From Gammaproteobacteria bacterium (lineage in GTDB: Bacteria; Pseudomonadota; Gammaproteobacteria; UBA4575): a stretch of DNA of 64,000 bases. Positions 31,429 to 42,142 of this stretch are shown here, in pieces. The notes under the pieces were generated by a model. It searched no databases. It was given only the letters and a program-made list of their open reading frames with translations, and was not told the origin of the DNA. The stretch is taken from NCBI GenBank assembly GCA_965222615.1, contig CBDCUI010000008.1, positions 544,001-608,000 of the forward strand, written 5' to 3'. The translations under genes were made by a program, and so were the position numbers. Position 1 is the stretch's first letter; every line of letters starts with the position of its first letter.

Positions 31429-31560
31429 GGAATTTTTGTACTTGTAGGTCTAAACACGAGATTTTAAGTACTTAAGCCCTTGTAATCTATACTTTTATCA
31501 GGATTTATAAAGAGGATTTATTTGATGAAAAAATTTCCTTATGGAACAATATAGTACGGA

Positions 31561-32061
31561 GTGAAGGGAATGGGTAGTAAGCGACAAGTCATCGATGCCT
31601 CGGGTTATCGTAGAAATGTTGGCATCATTGTAACCAACAACACACGTCATGTGATTTGGTGTAAACGCTGCGGGCAAGATGCCTGGCAGTTTCCACAAGG
31701 TGGTATTCAACAAGATGAATCGATTGAGCAGGCCTTATATCGTGAACTAAAAGAAGAAACCGGACTAGAACAAGGTGATGTTGAACTAATTGCTAGCTCT
31801 AAGAAATGGTTGAGTTATAAACTACCCAAAAATCTAGTACGCACGAACAGTATGCCTAAATGTATTGGGCAAAAACAGCGTTGGTTTTTATTAAGGCTTC
31901 AAACCGACGATAGTAATATTTGCCTAAACCAAAGTAGTAAACCTGAATTTGATAATTGGCGCTGGGTGGATTACTGGCACCCACTGCAAGAAGTTGTATT
32001 TTTTAAGCGCAATGTTTACAAACGGGCACTAAAAGAGTTTGAGCCAATATTGTTTCACTAA
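31561..32061 (+). CDS. rppH: RNA pyrophosphohydrolase
   Basis: WQFPQGG, Nudix box [29 protein letters not shown]. Confidence 0.96.
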   Translation: MKGMGSKRQVIDASGYRRNVGIIVTNNTRHVIWCKRCGQDAWQFPQGGIQQDESIEQALYRELKEETGLEQGDVELIASSKKWLSYKLPKNLVRTNSMPKCIGQKQRWFLLRLQTDDSNICLNQSSKPEFDNWRWVDYWHPLQEVVFFKRNVYKRALKEFEPILFH

Positions 32062-32537
32062 GATGGATCTACTTTCATCATAGACTGTAAATAGTTCTCT
32101 AATCCCACGCGCTCAATTCTATCAAACTGGGTTTCTAACCAATCGATATGCTCTTCTTCATTATCGAGTATTTTTTCAAATAGTTCTCTCGAAATGTAAT
32201 CGGAGACTTCTTCACAGTATGCAATGGCTTCCTTTAAAACCGGCACAGCTTGTTGTTCCATTTTCAAGTCACATTCCAACATTTCTTTAGGATTTTCACC
32301 TAGCAGGAGTTTGCCGAGATCTTGTAAATTTGGAAGGCCTTCTAAAAATAATATTCTTTCAATCAACCAATCAGCATGTTTCATTTCATCGATTGATTCG
32401 TGATATTCATATTCGTTTAACTTCTCTAAACCCCAATTTTTATACATACGTGCATGTAAAAAATATTGATTAATGGCAGTGAGTTCATTTTTTAAAGCTT
32501 TATTTAAATATTGAATAACTTTTTTATCACCTTTCAT
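32058..32537 (-). CDS. bfr: Bacterioferritin
   Basis: [33 protein letters not shown]. Confidence 0.98.
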   Translation of the reverse strand: MKGDKKVIQYLNKALKNELTAINQYFLHARMYKNWGLEKLNEYEYHESIDEMKHADWLIERILFLEGLPNLQDLGKLLLGENPKEMLECDLKMEQQAVPVLKEAIAYCEEVSDYISRELFEKILDNEEEHIDWLETQFDRIERVGLENYLQSMMKVDPS

Positions 32538-32790
32538 AAGGCGCTCCTACACATATTTATCTATAGGTTAAGCGTATGATTACAATATTGCTTTGTCAAA
32601 AATATTTGATTAAATAAAAAATAGAATACGAATGATTCACATAGGCTTTTAAATAAATTATTTTTTTTCAATTCAATATTTTTTTAAAACCGTAAGCAGT
32701 CAAGGTATACAGCTTTAGCCTGCTGAAGCTGTTTTGTAGCTGCAAATATAATTTATCAGAAATGGAGGAACTGGAAAGAAGGTGATTGAG

Positions 32791-32991
32791 TTAGGCGTTA
32801 CAAGTTGCAGACAACAATAACTCATAATTACTGTTGTGTTCATTAATGCATTTCTTTACACAATTTGCGCATTTACCACATTGCTTAGTAACTCCTAGCG
32901 AAGCGCGAAGTTCTTTTAAAGTAGTGCGACCACGTTCGATATCATCACGCAGTTGTGAGTCAGTAACTTGGTTGCAAATGCAGATATACAT
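32791..32991 (-). CDS. bfd: Bacterioferritin-associated ferredoxin
   Basis: MYICIC...CGKC; upstream of bfr. Confidence 0.93.
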   Translation of the reverse strand: MYICICNQVTDSQLRDDIERGRTTLKELRASLGVTKQCGKCANCVKKCINEHNSNYELLLSATCNA

Positions 32992-33029
32992 GGTATTTCC
33001 TCGAGCTTGAGAGTGTAATTGTAAACGCA

Positions 33030-33048
33030 AATGAGAATGATTGTCAAC
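33030..33048. promoter_or_regulatory. Fur box upstream of bfd
   Basis: TGAGAAT-G-ATTGTCA (33032-33046) versus the consensus TGATAAT-N-ATTATCA. Confidence 0.8.
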
Positions 33049-33085
33049 AACGTTTATAAGTTACTGTAAATAGATACAATATTGC

Positions 33086-33802
33086 TCAGCGCCTTACAGA
33101 CCACAGCCAAATCCCAGTGATCGCTAAAATCAGCATCAGAATAGCTGCGGCATCAATGAAGTAAACACCATATTTGCCAAAAAAACGCCCACTGTGTGCA
33201 TCCAAAAGGAACCGCTCAATACTAATTTGTTGGCCCATATCTTTGACTTCTATGACTTGCTTCAATGCGGGTAGGGTGATGGTAGGAGCTACCCATTTTG
33301 GATGCGGACCTTGATAGATTTGCCACTTTGTATAAGGAGTACTTGATTCCCAGTATTGGTTTACGCCACGTAGTAGTACAGTGTTTGCAGAACTTAGCGC
33401 TATTCCTAATGGTTTCTCAACGAGGCCATCTTGTGTAGAAATTTCATCTAATATATTTCCAGCATGATCAATAACAAAAAGCGAACTATCCGTGGCAATG
33501 ATAATTTCTTGATTGATTCCCACTGCTCCATAGAGCTGCTCGCAATTTATCTCTATAGGTTCACCTGAAAGATAGAGCCTTTGTCCAGCAATGGATATAG
33601 TGCGATTACCTAATTGATAAGTAGTAATAGGGTTTGGTTTGATCCCATAGTATTTAAGTAACCAGGTATTCGATAAATAGTTTGATGGTAGATTTAGATC
33701 ATCACTATGTTGTAACGCGAGTCCAGTGAAAACTAAAAAGGCGATGAAGATAGCAGCAAGTAAACCGATTCTGCGATGCCATTTGTGTAATTTGGCCGCC
33801 AT
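33086..33802 (-). CDS. PepSY-associated TM helix protein
   Basis: HKWHRRIG...TG.ALQH at the N-terminus and LDAHSGRFFG...TGIWLW at the C-terminus. Confidence 0.85.
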   Translation of the reverse strand: MAAKLHKWHRRIGLLAAIFIAFLVFTGLALQHSDDLNLPSNYLSNTWLLKYYGIKPNPITTYQLGNRTISIAGQRLYLSGEPIEINCEQLYGAVGINQEIIIATDSSLFVIDHAGNILDEISTQDGLVEKPLGIALSSANTVLLRGVNQYWESSTPYTKWQIYQGPHPKWVAPTITLPALKQVIEVKDMGQQISIERFLLDAHSGRFFGKYGVYFIDAAAILMLILAITGIWLWSVRR

Positions 33803-33866
33803 AATGAATTAACTCTAGCATGAACTCATAATCGAGTGTTTAATTTATAAAAACAATTTTTTAAAG

Positions 33867-34382
33867 CTAGCACGAATCTTCTGTGACTTGCTCATGTAAA
33901 AGTAATGCCATTCTGGAAATATTTGTTACTGCATTCACTGAAAGTGTGGCACCGGAAATATTGTCGATACGTTTATCAAGTTTATGTTTTTTTGTTAGTT
34001 TTGCATGAATGAATTGTTTGCCAAAATAATCATGTTTCACTTCCCAGCCACGGCTTTCACGAAATATCAGTACTTTTACTTTTTCCAAACCTTGCGAATT
34101 TATGACAAACCCTGTAGTGATATAGCGCTCTTTGCCAATCTCTTCAAGAATCCATGCCGATCTGCAGCCGTCTTGCCAATAAGGAATGCGAATTTTTTTA
34201 TAGCGATGCCCAAGAATTTTTTTTACTTTTTTGCCAAGGTCTCCTGATAGTGTAATTCGTTGTGGTTCGGGCGTTGTACCAAATGTTGTCACTAAAAAAT
34301 CTTCGGGTGCCTGATATACACTCTCAGCTGCGGTTACTGTATTAGCAATACAAACAATTAGTGATGCAAAAATCCATTTCAT
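33867..34382 (-). CDS. Exported FMN-binding protein
   Basis: Signal peptide, RESRGWEV and flavinylation motif IDNISGATLS. Confidence 0.88.
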   Translation of the reverse strand: MKWIFASLIVCIANTVTAAESVYQAPEDFLVTTFGTTPEPQRITLSGDLGKKVKKILGHRYKKIRIPYWQDGCRSAWILEEIGKERYITTGFVINSQGLEKVKVLIFRESRGWEVKHDYFGKQFIHAKLTKKHKLDKRIDNISGATLSVNAVTNISRMALLLHEQVTEDSC

Positions 34383-34447
34383 AGTACTTATGATAATTTT
34401 TCTCTTAATCTGGGTCCCAATAATAAATCAGAGCTTCTTTAAAGGAT

Positions 34448-34487
34448 AAAAAGCCCGCATTAACTTATGACTAATACGGGCTTTTTT
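34448..34487. terminator. Intrinsic terminator downstream of the porin gene
   Basis: AAAAAGCCCGCATTA...TAATACGGGCTTTTTT. Confidence 0.75.
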
Positions 34488-34504
34488 GCTATTCGCTAAT
34501 TCAA

Positions 34505-35767
34505 TTAGAACATATAGCCAATTCCTATATCAAAGCCATCAAAGTCACGACCTTGATCTTCAGCTTCGGGATCATGAGAGCGATCACGGTAATCAGCTTT
34601 TACTACTACGTCAGGATGTGGCCACCAGTTTAGCCCCACTTCCCATTGACTGAATTGATCTTGTACACGTGCTCCTTCAACTTCTTCATAACGCGCATAT
34701 AGACCTAAGGAATCTAAAGGCTTAAAGCTTGGCTCAACATACCAGCCAAATTGTTCATCTATGTCACCTGCTACATCTTCAATGTCACCACTGAAGTCCC
34801 ATTGGGCGTACAGGGCGCGTAAGCCAAACGGGCCGTGATTATAGATGGCATGAGTCTCATAAAGCGTACCGTCGTCAATAAAATCATCTTCAACGTCTGA
34901 ATCATCATCCTGTGTAGGGTTAAACTGGTGTTGTACTGAAGCTGCAAGTTCTAATCCTTGGATACCGGTGTATTTTAAACGTGCTGTCGCAGCAAAATCA
35001 TCAGCTGCAGCTTCTGATACTTTTTGTCTACCACTTCTAATGCGTCCAGCATTGCCTCCAGTACTTGGAATGTTTAAACCAGAGTGAAAAGCTGCATCAA
35101 AAGATATACCGCTTTGTGAAGCAATCGTGGTACCAATACCGGCTTCCCACCAGGTTGCAGGGATAATGATGTTTTCAACATCATTGCGTTCTACACCATA
35201 AAATGTAGGTGGTTCATGTGTTTCATTGAGAATGCCGAGTGGAAGTAAGAAAACACCACCTCGAACTTGTGTGTTGTCATTAATATCGTATTCAATAAAG
35301 GCTTGTTCAACTTCAACTTCACCATTTTTGCCTTCACCTGCGATACTATGTTCGACTTCTAATTCTGATACAAAGCGCAAATCGTCATTGAATTCTTTAC
35401 CTAGAAATAATACAAAGCGGTGAATGTCAATTTCATCTACATCTCTATTACTGTCATCGGCATCTAAATTGTTGTAATGTACTTCACCGTATCCACCTAA
35501 TGAAATGCCTTCAAAGACATCCAGCGGACTGTCTTCTACAACCTCTGCAGTGGCTGTAGCAATTTCGGTAGCCTCATCAGCTTTTTCCTCTGCACGCGTG
35601 GCTTTATCTATGGCTTCTTTTTGCTGTGACATTAAATATTCCACGGCCTTTTTAAGATTTTCATATTCTTCGCGATCAACCGTAATCTCCTCAGCGGTAG
35701 CGGGTAGGCTAATCACCAATATCCCAATTAGAAGCAGAAATCGTGATTGTGATATTTTTGTAAACAT
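34505..35767 (-). CDS. Outer-membrane porin with N-terminal coiled coil, probably iron-regulated
   Basis: Signal peptide, GGYGEVHYNN, ELEVEH, NETHEPPTFYGVERN, C-terminal GIGYMF. Confidence 0.85.
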   Translation of the reverse strand: MFTKISQSRFLLLIGILVISLPATAEEITVDREEYENLKKAVEYLMSQQKEAIDKATRAEEKADEATEIATATAEVVEDSPLDVFEGISLGGYGEVHYNNLDADDSNRDVDEIDIHRFVLFLGKEFNDDLRFVSELEVEHSIAGEGKNGEVEVEQAFIEYDINDNTQVRGGVFLLPLGILNETHEPPTFYGVERNDVENIIIPATWWEAGIGTTIASQSGISFDAAFHSGLNIPSTGGNAGRIRSGRQKVSEAAADDFAATARLKYTGIQGLELAASVQHQFNPTQDDDSDVEDDFIDDGTLYETHAIYNHGPFGLRALYAQWDFSGDIEDVAGDIDEQFGWYVEPSFKPLDSLGLYARYEEVEGARVQDQFSQWEVGLNWWPHPDVVVKADYRDRSHDPEAEDQGRDFDGFDIGIGYMF

Positions 35768-35857
35768 GATTACTCCCTTATAAAACAGTAAGTTAGTGAT
35801 AACTGACTAAAATATTTCACCAGAATGCTCAGTAAATATAATAATTATAGTAATACT

Positions 35858-35876
35858 AATGAGAATGATTCGCATT
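35858..35876. promoter_or_regulatory. Fur box upstream of the porin operon
   Basis: AATGAGAAT-G-ATTCGCATT; near-identical left half to the bfd box. Confidence 0.8.
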
Positions 35877-35987
35877 AATATACCTATTTAAGGATAGGTT
35901 CGTCAACTGCTTGGGCTTTACTGTCTTTAAAAGTAGGGAGATCGACTAACCATAGCAGCTAAGATATCAATCCATTGGAGGAAATCG

Positions 35988-36710
35988 GTGTCTATCAAGT
36001 CTATCTTTTTAAATTTTTTTTTATCGCTAGGTCTATTGTGCGTCAGTTTTTATATTGCCTGGCAGGTGTCAGCTTCGACCAATTTTTTTTATTCATTTTG
36101 GTATGAAGCCATAAATCTTGATCAAGCTATTAAAACGTATGCACCAAAAAACAAAAATAAACAAGGCTTTGAGTTAACAAATAAGAAGCAACATGTTGAA
36201 TTATTTTCAGGGATTGTTTCAAGCATTCAAAATAAAGGTAACGGCCTAGAAAATCTGAATTATCAAGACTCTAACAATAAAGTTGTTGATACTTTATTAA
36301 CAAAAGCAGAAATTATTCATCTTCAAGATGTGGCTAATTTAATAAGCCGATTTAAATATCTACTAATAGCAGGTGGGCTAATGGTATTAATCTCATTTGT
36401 TTTGCTGAAAGTAACCAGTTCTAAACTTGCAAAGCTTAGATATAACTTGCTTGGTCTTATTGGACTAATAGTAACTATTGTAATTATATTATTTATAGCA
36501 GGACCCACAAAAGTTTTTTATGCTGCACACGAGATAATTTTCCCAGATAATCATCAATGGTTTTTTTACTATGAAGATTCTTTAATGAGTACGATGATGA
36601 AAGCGCCAGTTTTATTTGGTCCTATAGCAGGACAACTACTGATTACGACTATTATAATTTGGCTGTTTTTATATTTAGGGATTCTAAAAGTAAACGATTG
36701 GAAAAATTAA
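35988..36710 (+). CDS. DUF1461-like integral membrane protein
   Basis: EIIHLQDV, F...HEIIF...HQWFFYYEDSLMSTMMKAP.LF; 4 TM segments. Confidence 0.7.
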   Translation: MSIKSIFLNFFLSLGLLCVSFYIAWQVSASTNFFYSFWYEAINLDQAIKTYAPKNKNKQGFELTNKKQHVELFSGIVSSIQNKGNGLENLNYQDSNNKVVDTLLTKAEIIHLQDVANLISRFKYLLIAGGLMVLISFVLLKVTSSKLAKLRYNLLGLIGLIVTIVIILFIAGPTKVFYAAHEIIFPDNHQWFFYYEDSLMSTMMKAPVLFGPIAGQLLITTIIIWLFLYLGILKVNDWKN

Positions 36711-36720
36711 ATTATTACTA

Positions 36721-37134
36721 TTATTGACAGTTTTCGCTGTCACATATTCCATAGATAATAAGGGCATGGTCTGTAATTTGAAACCCTGCCTTTTCAGCAA
36801 TACTTTTTTGTTTTTTTTCTATTTCATCGTCAACAAACTCTACAATTTTTCCGCATTTAACACAGATTAAATGGTCATGGTGGCCGCCCTTATTCAATTC
36901 AAAGACTGCTTGACCGCTTTCAAAGTGATGTCGGTTTACTAAAGAGGCGGCTTCGAATTGTGTAAGCACTCTATAAATAGTAGCTAAACCGATATCTTCT
37001 CCACTATCTATAAGAACTTTATAAATATCTTCTGCACTTAGATGATGCTCTTCAGACTGTTCTAAAATCTCCAGGATTTTCATACGAGGTAGAGTTATTT
37101 TAAGTCCTGCCTGTTTTAGATCTTTATTTTCCAT
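36721..37134 (-). CDS. fur: Ferric uptake regulator
   Basis: GLKITLPRMKIL, HLSAEDIY, GLATIYRVLTQF, HHDHLIC. Confidence 0.98.
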   Translation of the reverse strand: MENKDLKQAGLKITLPRMKILEILEQSEEHHLSAEDIYKVLIDSGEDIGLATIYRVLTQFEAASLVNRHHFESGQAVFELNKGGHHDHLICVKCGKIVEFVDDEIEKKQKSIAEKAGFQITDHALIIYGICDSENCQ

Positions 37135-37491
37135 TTTAAAATCAACCTAATGATAAATTGCTGCCTTGATAGACCAATAGGCTTCAATTATTTATGGAAT
37201 CGTAAAAACTTAGTTTTTGCGGACAATCTTTGATGTCAGTCTATCGATTTGTAAAGGGCTAAGTATACCTTATCTGATTTCAAAACGGATTTTATTATCT
37301 AGCCATTTTGGCAATTTCCTCAAAGTTTATGTCTTTATACTTGAACACTTGGTTTCCAATAGACTTTTATCGTAATTTTTATCCAGTCTTTATGCAGGGC
37401 TAAGTCCATGCGCGTTGAAGGTATGATAATAAAAGGCACTGAATATAAATCTGCAGTATCCCCAGTGCCACCTCGGCGAACTGATGAGCAA

Positions 37492-37911
37492 TTAAAACGG
37501 TTTAACAACAATTAGAATTACAATTGCTATTAATACTAATACTGGTGCTTCATTAAACCAGCGATACCACACATGAGTATGTTTATTTTTATCATCCTTA
37601 AATTGTTTTACTAGTACACCACACCATACATGATAAACAATAAGTAACAGCACAAGTAAAAGTTTTATTATCATCCATGTAGTGTTCATATGCCCGGGAA
37701 AATAGGTAAGCAACCAAATTCCAAATAGCAGGGTTAGGATGGCGCCTGGAGTCATAATTCCAAAGAATAACTTTCGTTCCATGATCTTGAACCGCTCTAT
37801 ACTGATCGAGTCTTCCGCTAATGCGTGATATACAAATAAACGCGGCAAATAAAATAAACCGGCAAACCAGGTCACCATGAAAATGATGTGAAAGGTCTTT
37901 ACCCAAAGCAT
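37492..37911 (-). CDS. hemJ: Protoporphyrinogen oxidase HemJ
   Basis: HII..VTWFAGLFYLPRLFVYH, MERKL, RWFNE.P, VVKPF. Confidence 0.95.
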   Translation of the reverse strand: MLWVKTFHIIFMVTWFAGLFYLPRLFVYHALAEDSISIERFKIMERKLFFGIMTPGAILTLLFGIWLLTYFPGHMNTTWMIIKLLLVLLLIVYHVWCGVLVKQFKDDKNKHTHVWYRWFNEAPVLVLIAIVILIVVKPF

Positions 37912-37922
37912 ACTATTTACCT

Positions 37923-39677
37923 TTAAAGATTGTATGAGGTCTTAAATTGTTCTTGCGTCAGTACACCATAGATTCTAATTGTCCCAGGTGCAATGACACT
38001 ACGTATACATAAAGCTTCTACACCTTCTTCAATAAATTGTTCGCGTGCAGAATCCGCTGAAGCGCGTAAATCTATCGAACTAACTTGTAAACGCTTAGCT
38101 GGTATTTCCATCAAGTTTATTTCAGTCGTTTCTATTTCGTCTTTATTTTCTAATAAATAATTGGTTAAGTCTGTTGTGGGTAATAGAGCTACTGGTTCGT
38201 TTTCTTCAACAACAATCCATTCGGCATCAGTATTCGCTAAATTTTGCGCATCATCGATAGAGATAATATTTTTACTACGTTGCACATTGCGGTTCATAAC
38301 ATTTGCAACACCTATACGCCGTAATGCTTGCGACATAGGTTCATGCCGATAATCCAAACCTTTTTGTTGCATCAACATTCTATAAATGGAGCGCTGACCA
38401 AATAACTGACTTGCAGTGAGTTGAGCCGTAACGATAGCTAACATACCCGGTAAAATAATGTTTGGGTTGCTAGTTAATTCAAACACAGCTGTCAATGCCG
38501 CAAGTGGGGCTTGTAATGCGGCACCCATCATTGCCCCCATTCCGATGAGTGCATATAAACCTGGAGAGGATGAAAGGTTTGGAAAAATTGGTTGTGCAAG
38601 GATACCTAAAGTACCGCCAAGGCAGGCGCCAATTATAAGTGTAGGTCCGATAAGTCCTGCAGGTAGTCCCATGCCAATACTTATTGCTGTAGCAATAAGC
38701 TTCGCTACAAAAATAGTGATTAATAATGCAATTCCAATATTATTGACTAAGGTATTATTTACCGTGTCATAGCCAATACCCATAATTTGAGGTGCAACGA
38801 TTGCCAATACACCTGTTACTGTGCCGGCTATGGCGAACTTTGTCCAAAGTGACAGTTTTTTTCCTACCTGTGAAGATATTCTTGTTAAATAAATAAATAT
38901 AAATACTGCAAAGCCGGTCACTACACCTAGAAACACAACATAAGGAAGTTCTAGTAAAGTAATTAATTGGAAATTAGGTACAGAAAAAATGCTTTGGGAA
39001 CCAAAAAAGGTATGGGAAATCGCTGTCGCACTTACCGAAGCTAAAATTACTGGAAGAAAACTCGCCAGGGTGTACTCCATCATGACTACTTCGAGCGCAA
39101 AAACTACACCTGCTAAAGGAGTATTAAATGAAGCGCCTATTGCTGCAGCAGTGCCACACGCGACCAGTGTGCGAATCGTGTTATTGGGCAAGCCAAGTTG
39201 TTGGCCTAAATAGCTGCTTGTTCCTGCGCCTAAGTGAATGGCAGGTCCTTCTCGCCCTAGTGATTGGCCTGAAATAATTGCAATACCAGCCCCAATGTAT
39301 TGCAGCAGCAGTCCGCGCAGGTGCAAATAGCCTTGGTGATAGGAGAGTCGTTCCATGACATGTGAAACGCCTAGCGTATATTCTCCTTTAGCAAAAAGCT
39401 TGAAAATCAGGGCAATTAATATTGCCCCGACAATTGGAGTTAATACACGCCAATGCAACGGTAGGCCTTCGTAATTTTCTGGATCACCGTATGGTAAAAA
39501 GCTTGTTTGAATTGCTTCGATAAAAAGGCGAAAAGAAATAATGACGATTCCCGTCATTAAGCCTGCAATTACCCCTAAGATGGCAAGTTGAATGAGTGCA
39601 TCCGGTCTCGAGGTCCGTAGACGTAATTTTTCTAGTGCGGTTCGAATATAAGCTCGTATCGCAGATTCTTTTTTCAT
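37923..39677 (-). CDS. CLC-family chloride channel/antiporter with CBS-like tail
   Basis: GREGP, FNTPLAGVVFALE, G..GP, SIY. Confidence 0.92.
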   Translation of the reverse strand: MKKESAIRAYIRTALEKLRLRTSRPDALIQLAILGVIAGLMTGIVIISFRLFIEAIQTSFLPYGDPENYEGLPLHWRVLTPIVGAILIALIFKLFAKGEYTLGVSHVMERLSYHQGYLHLRGLLLQYIGAGIAIISGQSLGREGPAIHLGAGTSSYLGQQLGLPNNTIRTLVACGTAAAIGASFNTPLAGVVFALEVVMMEYTLASFLPVILASVSATAISHTFFGSQSIFSVPNFQLITLLELPYVVFLGVVTGFAVFIFIYLTRISSQVGKKLSLWTKFAIAGTVTGVLAIVAPQIMGIGYDTVNNTLVNNIGIALLITIFVAKLIATAISIGMGLPAGLIGPTLIIGACLGGTLGILAQPIFPNLSSSPGLYALIGMGAMMGAALQAPLAALTAVFELTSNPNIILPGMLAIVTAQLTASQLFGQRSIYRMLMQQKGLDYRHEPMSQALRRIGVANVMNRNVQRSKNIISIDDAQNLANTDAEWIVVEENEPVALLPTTDLTNYLLENKDEIETTEINLMEIPAKRLQVSSIDLRASADSAREQFIEEGVEALCIRSVIAPGTIRIYGVLTQEQFKTSYNL

Positions 39678-39783
39678 GAGGTGAATTATGCCAGAGCCAG
39701 TGCCAACTTATGAGTTTAGCTTTTGACAATTCTATTTAGCTTGTATGATGCGTGAAGTTTTTAACATTGGGTAATTTAAGAAT

Positions 39784-40815
39784 ATGGTTTCAGTTGGAAT
39801 TGTAGGTGGCACGGGATATACAGGTGCAGAGCTATTGCGAATTCTTGCACATCATCCTGATGTCGATATTAAAGTGGTTACCTCGCGTAGTGAGGCAGGC
39901 AATGCAATTACAAAGTTATATCCCAATCTGGCGCCCCATATTGAATTGAACTTCACTCAACCGAAGGTTGATGCCTTAAAACAATGTGATTGTGTATTTT
40001 TTGCAGCACCCAATGGTACTGCTATGCAAATGGTGCCTGGGCTCATGGATGCCGAGGTAAAAATAATCGATCTTGCAGCCGATTTTCGTATCAAAGACGT
40101 AGCTACTTGGGAGCATTGGTATAAACAAACTCATGCCTGTCCAGAACTACTGCAGCAAGCGATATATGGATTACCTGAATTACACAGAGAAAAGATTCAA
40201 GCTGCTCAGCTTGTTGCCAATCCCGGATGTTATCCTACAGCAGTAATTTTGGGATTTCTGCCATTGCTTGAAAAAGGCATAGGGAACAATGCGAAGTTAA
40301 TTGCAGATGCGAAGTCTGGAGTCAGTGGAGCAGGCAGAGGTGCCAATGTGCCAACTTTGTATAGTGAAGCCGGTGAAAATTTCAAGGCCTATAATGTGAT
40401 CGCACATCGACATTGGCCTGAGATTAAACAAGAATTGGAAAGTGTCACGGCAAATCAAGTTGATTTTACCTTCACTCCACATTTGGTACCCATGGTGCGT
40501 GGTATTTTTGCAACCTTATATTTAGCGAATGCCGACCAATTAGGGGATTTGAGATCGATATATCAACAGCGATTTGCTAAGGAATACTTTGTAAAAGTAA
40601 TGAATGAAGGCGTATTGCCAGAGACCAAACATGTGCGCGGCTCCAACTATTGTGCTTTATCAGTGCAACGCCCAAATGATAGCAATATGATTGTGATTTT
40701 GTCGGTAATAGATAATTTAGTCAAAGGTGCAGCCGGGCAAGCTGTGCAGAATATGAATTTAATGTGTGGCATTGCAGAAGCAACTGGGCTTACACAATTG
40801 GGATTATTTCCATAG
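39784..40815 (+). CDS. argC: N-acetyl-gamma-glutamyl-phosphate reductase
   Basis: GGTGYTG, ANPGCYPT, SGVSGAGR, DNLVKGAAGQAVQNMN. Confidence 0.98.
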   Translation: MVSVGIVGGTGYTGAELLRILAHHPDVDIKVVTSRSEAGNAITKLYPNLAPHIELNFTQPKVDALKQCDCVFFAAPNGTAMQMVPGLMDAEVKIIDLAADFRIKDVATWEHWYKQTHACPELLQQAIYGLPELHREKIQAAQLVANPGCYPTAVILGFLPLLEKGIGNNAKLIADAKSGVSGAGRGANVPTLYSEAGENFKAYNVIAHRHWPEIKQELESVTANQVDFTFTPHLVPMVRGIFATLYLANADQLGDLRSIYQQRFAKEYFVKVMNEGVLPETKHVRGSNYCALSVQRPNDSNMIVILSVIDNLVKGAAGQAVQNMNLMCGIAEATGLTQLGLFP

Positions 40816-40866
40816 ACTAGATACCTAATATTATTCTCTCGAAATTAAAGTGCAAGGGAAGTTTAT

Positions 40867-41574
40867 ATGACACAGCAAGATTCACGTTTAATGTCATTAG
40901 GGCCTATAGCATTGATCGTGTTAATTGCAATGAGTATCGCCTATTGGTTAGGAACTAAAAATATAGATATTCCATTTGTCAGTACTAATAAGCTTTCTGA
41001 AGTTACTGATAAAGATGAAAAAATTAAGCTTTTAGAGAAATTAAACGATGAATTAGAACATGAAGTCGCATTGGTACAAAGCTCTTCAAAGGTTGAGCTT
41101 GCTGCAGTAGAAGAAATGAAAAAAACGCTGCGGGAAAAAGATCTCGAGTTACTAAAGTTAAATCAAGAACTACATTTTTATCGCACTCTATATTCTCCTA
41201 ATGCAGATAATTCATCAATCCAAGTAAAAGTTTTCAACTTACACAAAGATCCAATTACAAAACGATTTGTTTATGATCTAGTTTTAACAAACGTCCCTAA
41301 AAAAACTGAAAAAATATCTGGTGTAATAGGTTTAAGTGTTGATGGTGAACAGCAAGGTATACTTAAACGATTAGTGTTTGAAGACATTAGTGAAATCACA
41401 GATACATCTCTGCAATTTTCGTTTAAATATTTTCAAAAAATCTCAGGTAGTTTTTCTTTACCAGAAGATTTTGAACCGAGTAGTGTACGTGTCGAAGTAT
41501 TGCGTGATAAAAGTAAAAAGAAAGAACCCATGGTCGTAAGTTATAATTGGGATGAAGTATATAAAGAGAGTTAA
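40867..41574 (+). CDS. DUF6776-like membrane-anchored coiled-coil protein
   Basis: TM + coiled coil + EL.FYR, FKYFQ...G.F.LPEDFEP; the usual neighbour of bactofilin. Confidence 0.75.
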   Translation: MTQQDSRLMSLGPIALIVLIAMSIAYWLGTKNIDIPFVSTNKLSEVTDKDEKIKLLEKLNDELEHEVALVQSSSKVELAAVEEMKKTLREKDLELLKLNQELHFYRTLYSPNADNSSIQVKVFNLHKDPITKRFVYDLVLTNVPKKTEKISGVIGLSVDGEQQGILKRLVFEDISEITDTSLQFSFKYFQKISGSFSLPEDFEPSSVRVEVLRDKSKKKEPMVVSYNWDEVYKES

Positions 41575-41722
41575 GGGAACTCTGATTTATTCTGATATGT
41601 CCCTGAGGAATGATTAAGGAAAATAGTCTCAAAATGCTCATGTATAGGTATATGCACATTCCACTTTTTCGATATTTTTTGCCTAATATCAGGTATTGCA
41701 TTAATAAATCAGAGCTTCCTTA
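41572..41722 (+). repeat. MITE-like palindromic element (~151 bp)
   Basis: TAAGGGAACTCTGATTTATT ... AATAAATCAGAGCTTCCTTA; aligns along its length with the reverse complement of 45043-45183. Confidence 0.88.
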
Positions 41723-41748
41723 GGTTTAATTTAGACAATAGGAAAGTT

Positions 41749-42129
41749 ATGCCACTTAAGAAAAAAATTAAGACGACTCGAATAGATACCTTAATTGGGC
41801 GACATTCAAAAATTGTCGGTGATATTCATTATGGAGGAGGTTTGCACATAGAAGGTACGGTTGAGGGTAATATCATTGCTGAACAAGAAGATAAAGGCGT
41901 AATTATCGTAAGCGAATTAGGGGTGGTAGAGGGTGAAATACGTGGACCTTCCATCATTATTAATGGTACGGTGAACGGAAATGTTTTTGCGACGGGTAGT
42001 ATAGAATTGGCGCCTGGAGCTAAGATAAACGGTAATGTTTATTACAACTTATTAGAGATGGCAGTAGGGGCCGAAGTGAACGGAAATCTTGTTCACCAAC
42101 CGCCTGCCGATGCTGTACCAGTCGAGTAG
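41749..42129 (+). CDS. Bactofilin (polymer-forming cytoskeletal protein)
   Basis: TLIG...I.GDI...GGLHIEG.VEGNI, GA.VNG repeats. Confidence 0.93.
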   Translation: MPLKKKIKTTRIDTLIGRHSKIVGDIHYGGGLHIEGTVEGNIIAEQEDKGVIIVSELGVVEGEIRGPSIIINGTVNGNVFATGSIELAPGAKINGNVYYNLLEMAVGAEVNGNLVHQPPADAVPVE

Positions 42130-42142
42130 CTAGCCCATGCAA

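Noticed and set aside
37135-37491. fur-hemJ intergenic region with a GGCACTG...CAGTGCC hairpin (possible sRNA or gene remnant)
   Set aside because: Only a 7 bp stem, no recognisable RNA family, and short unassignable ORF fragments.
41423-41701. 92 aa minus-strand ORF
   Set aside because: Made up of MITE sequence plus the antisense of the upstream gene.
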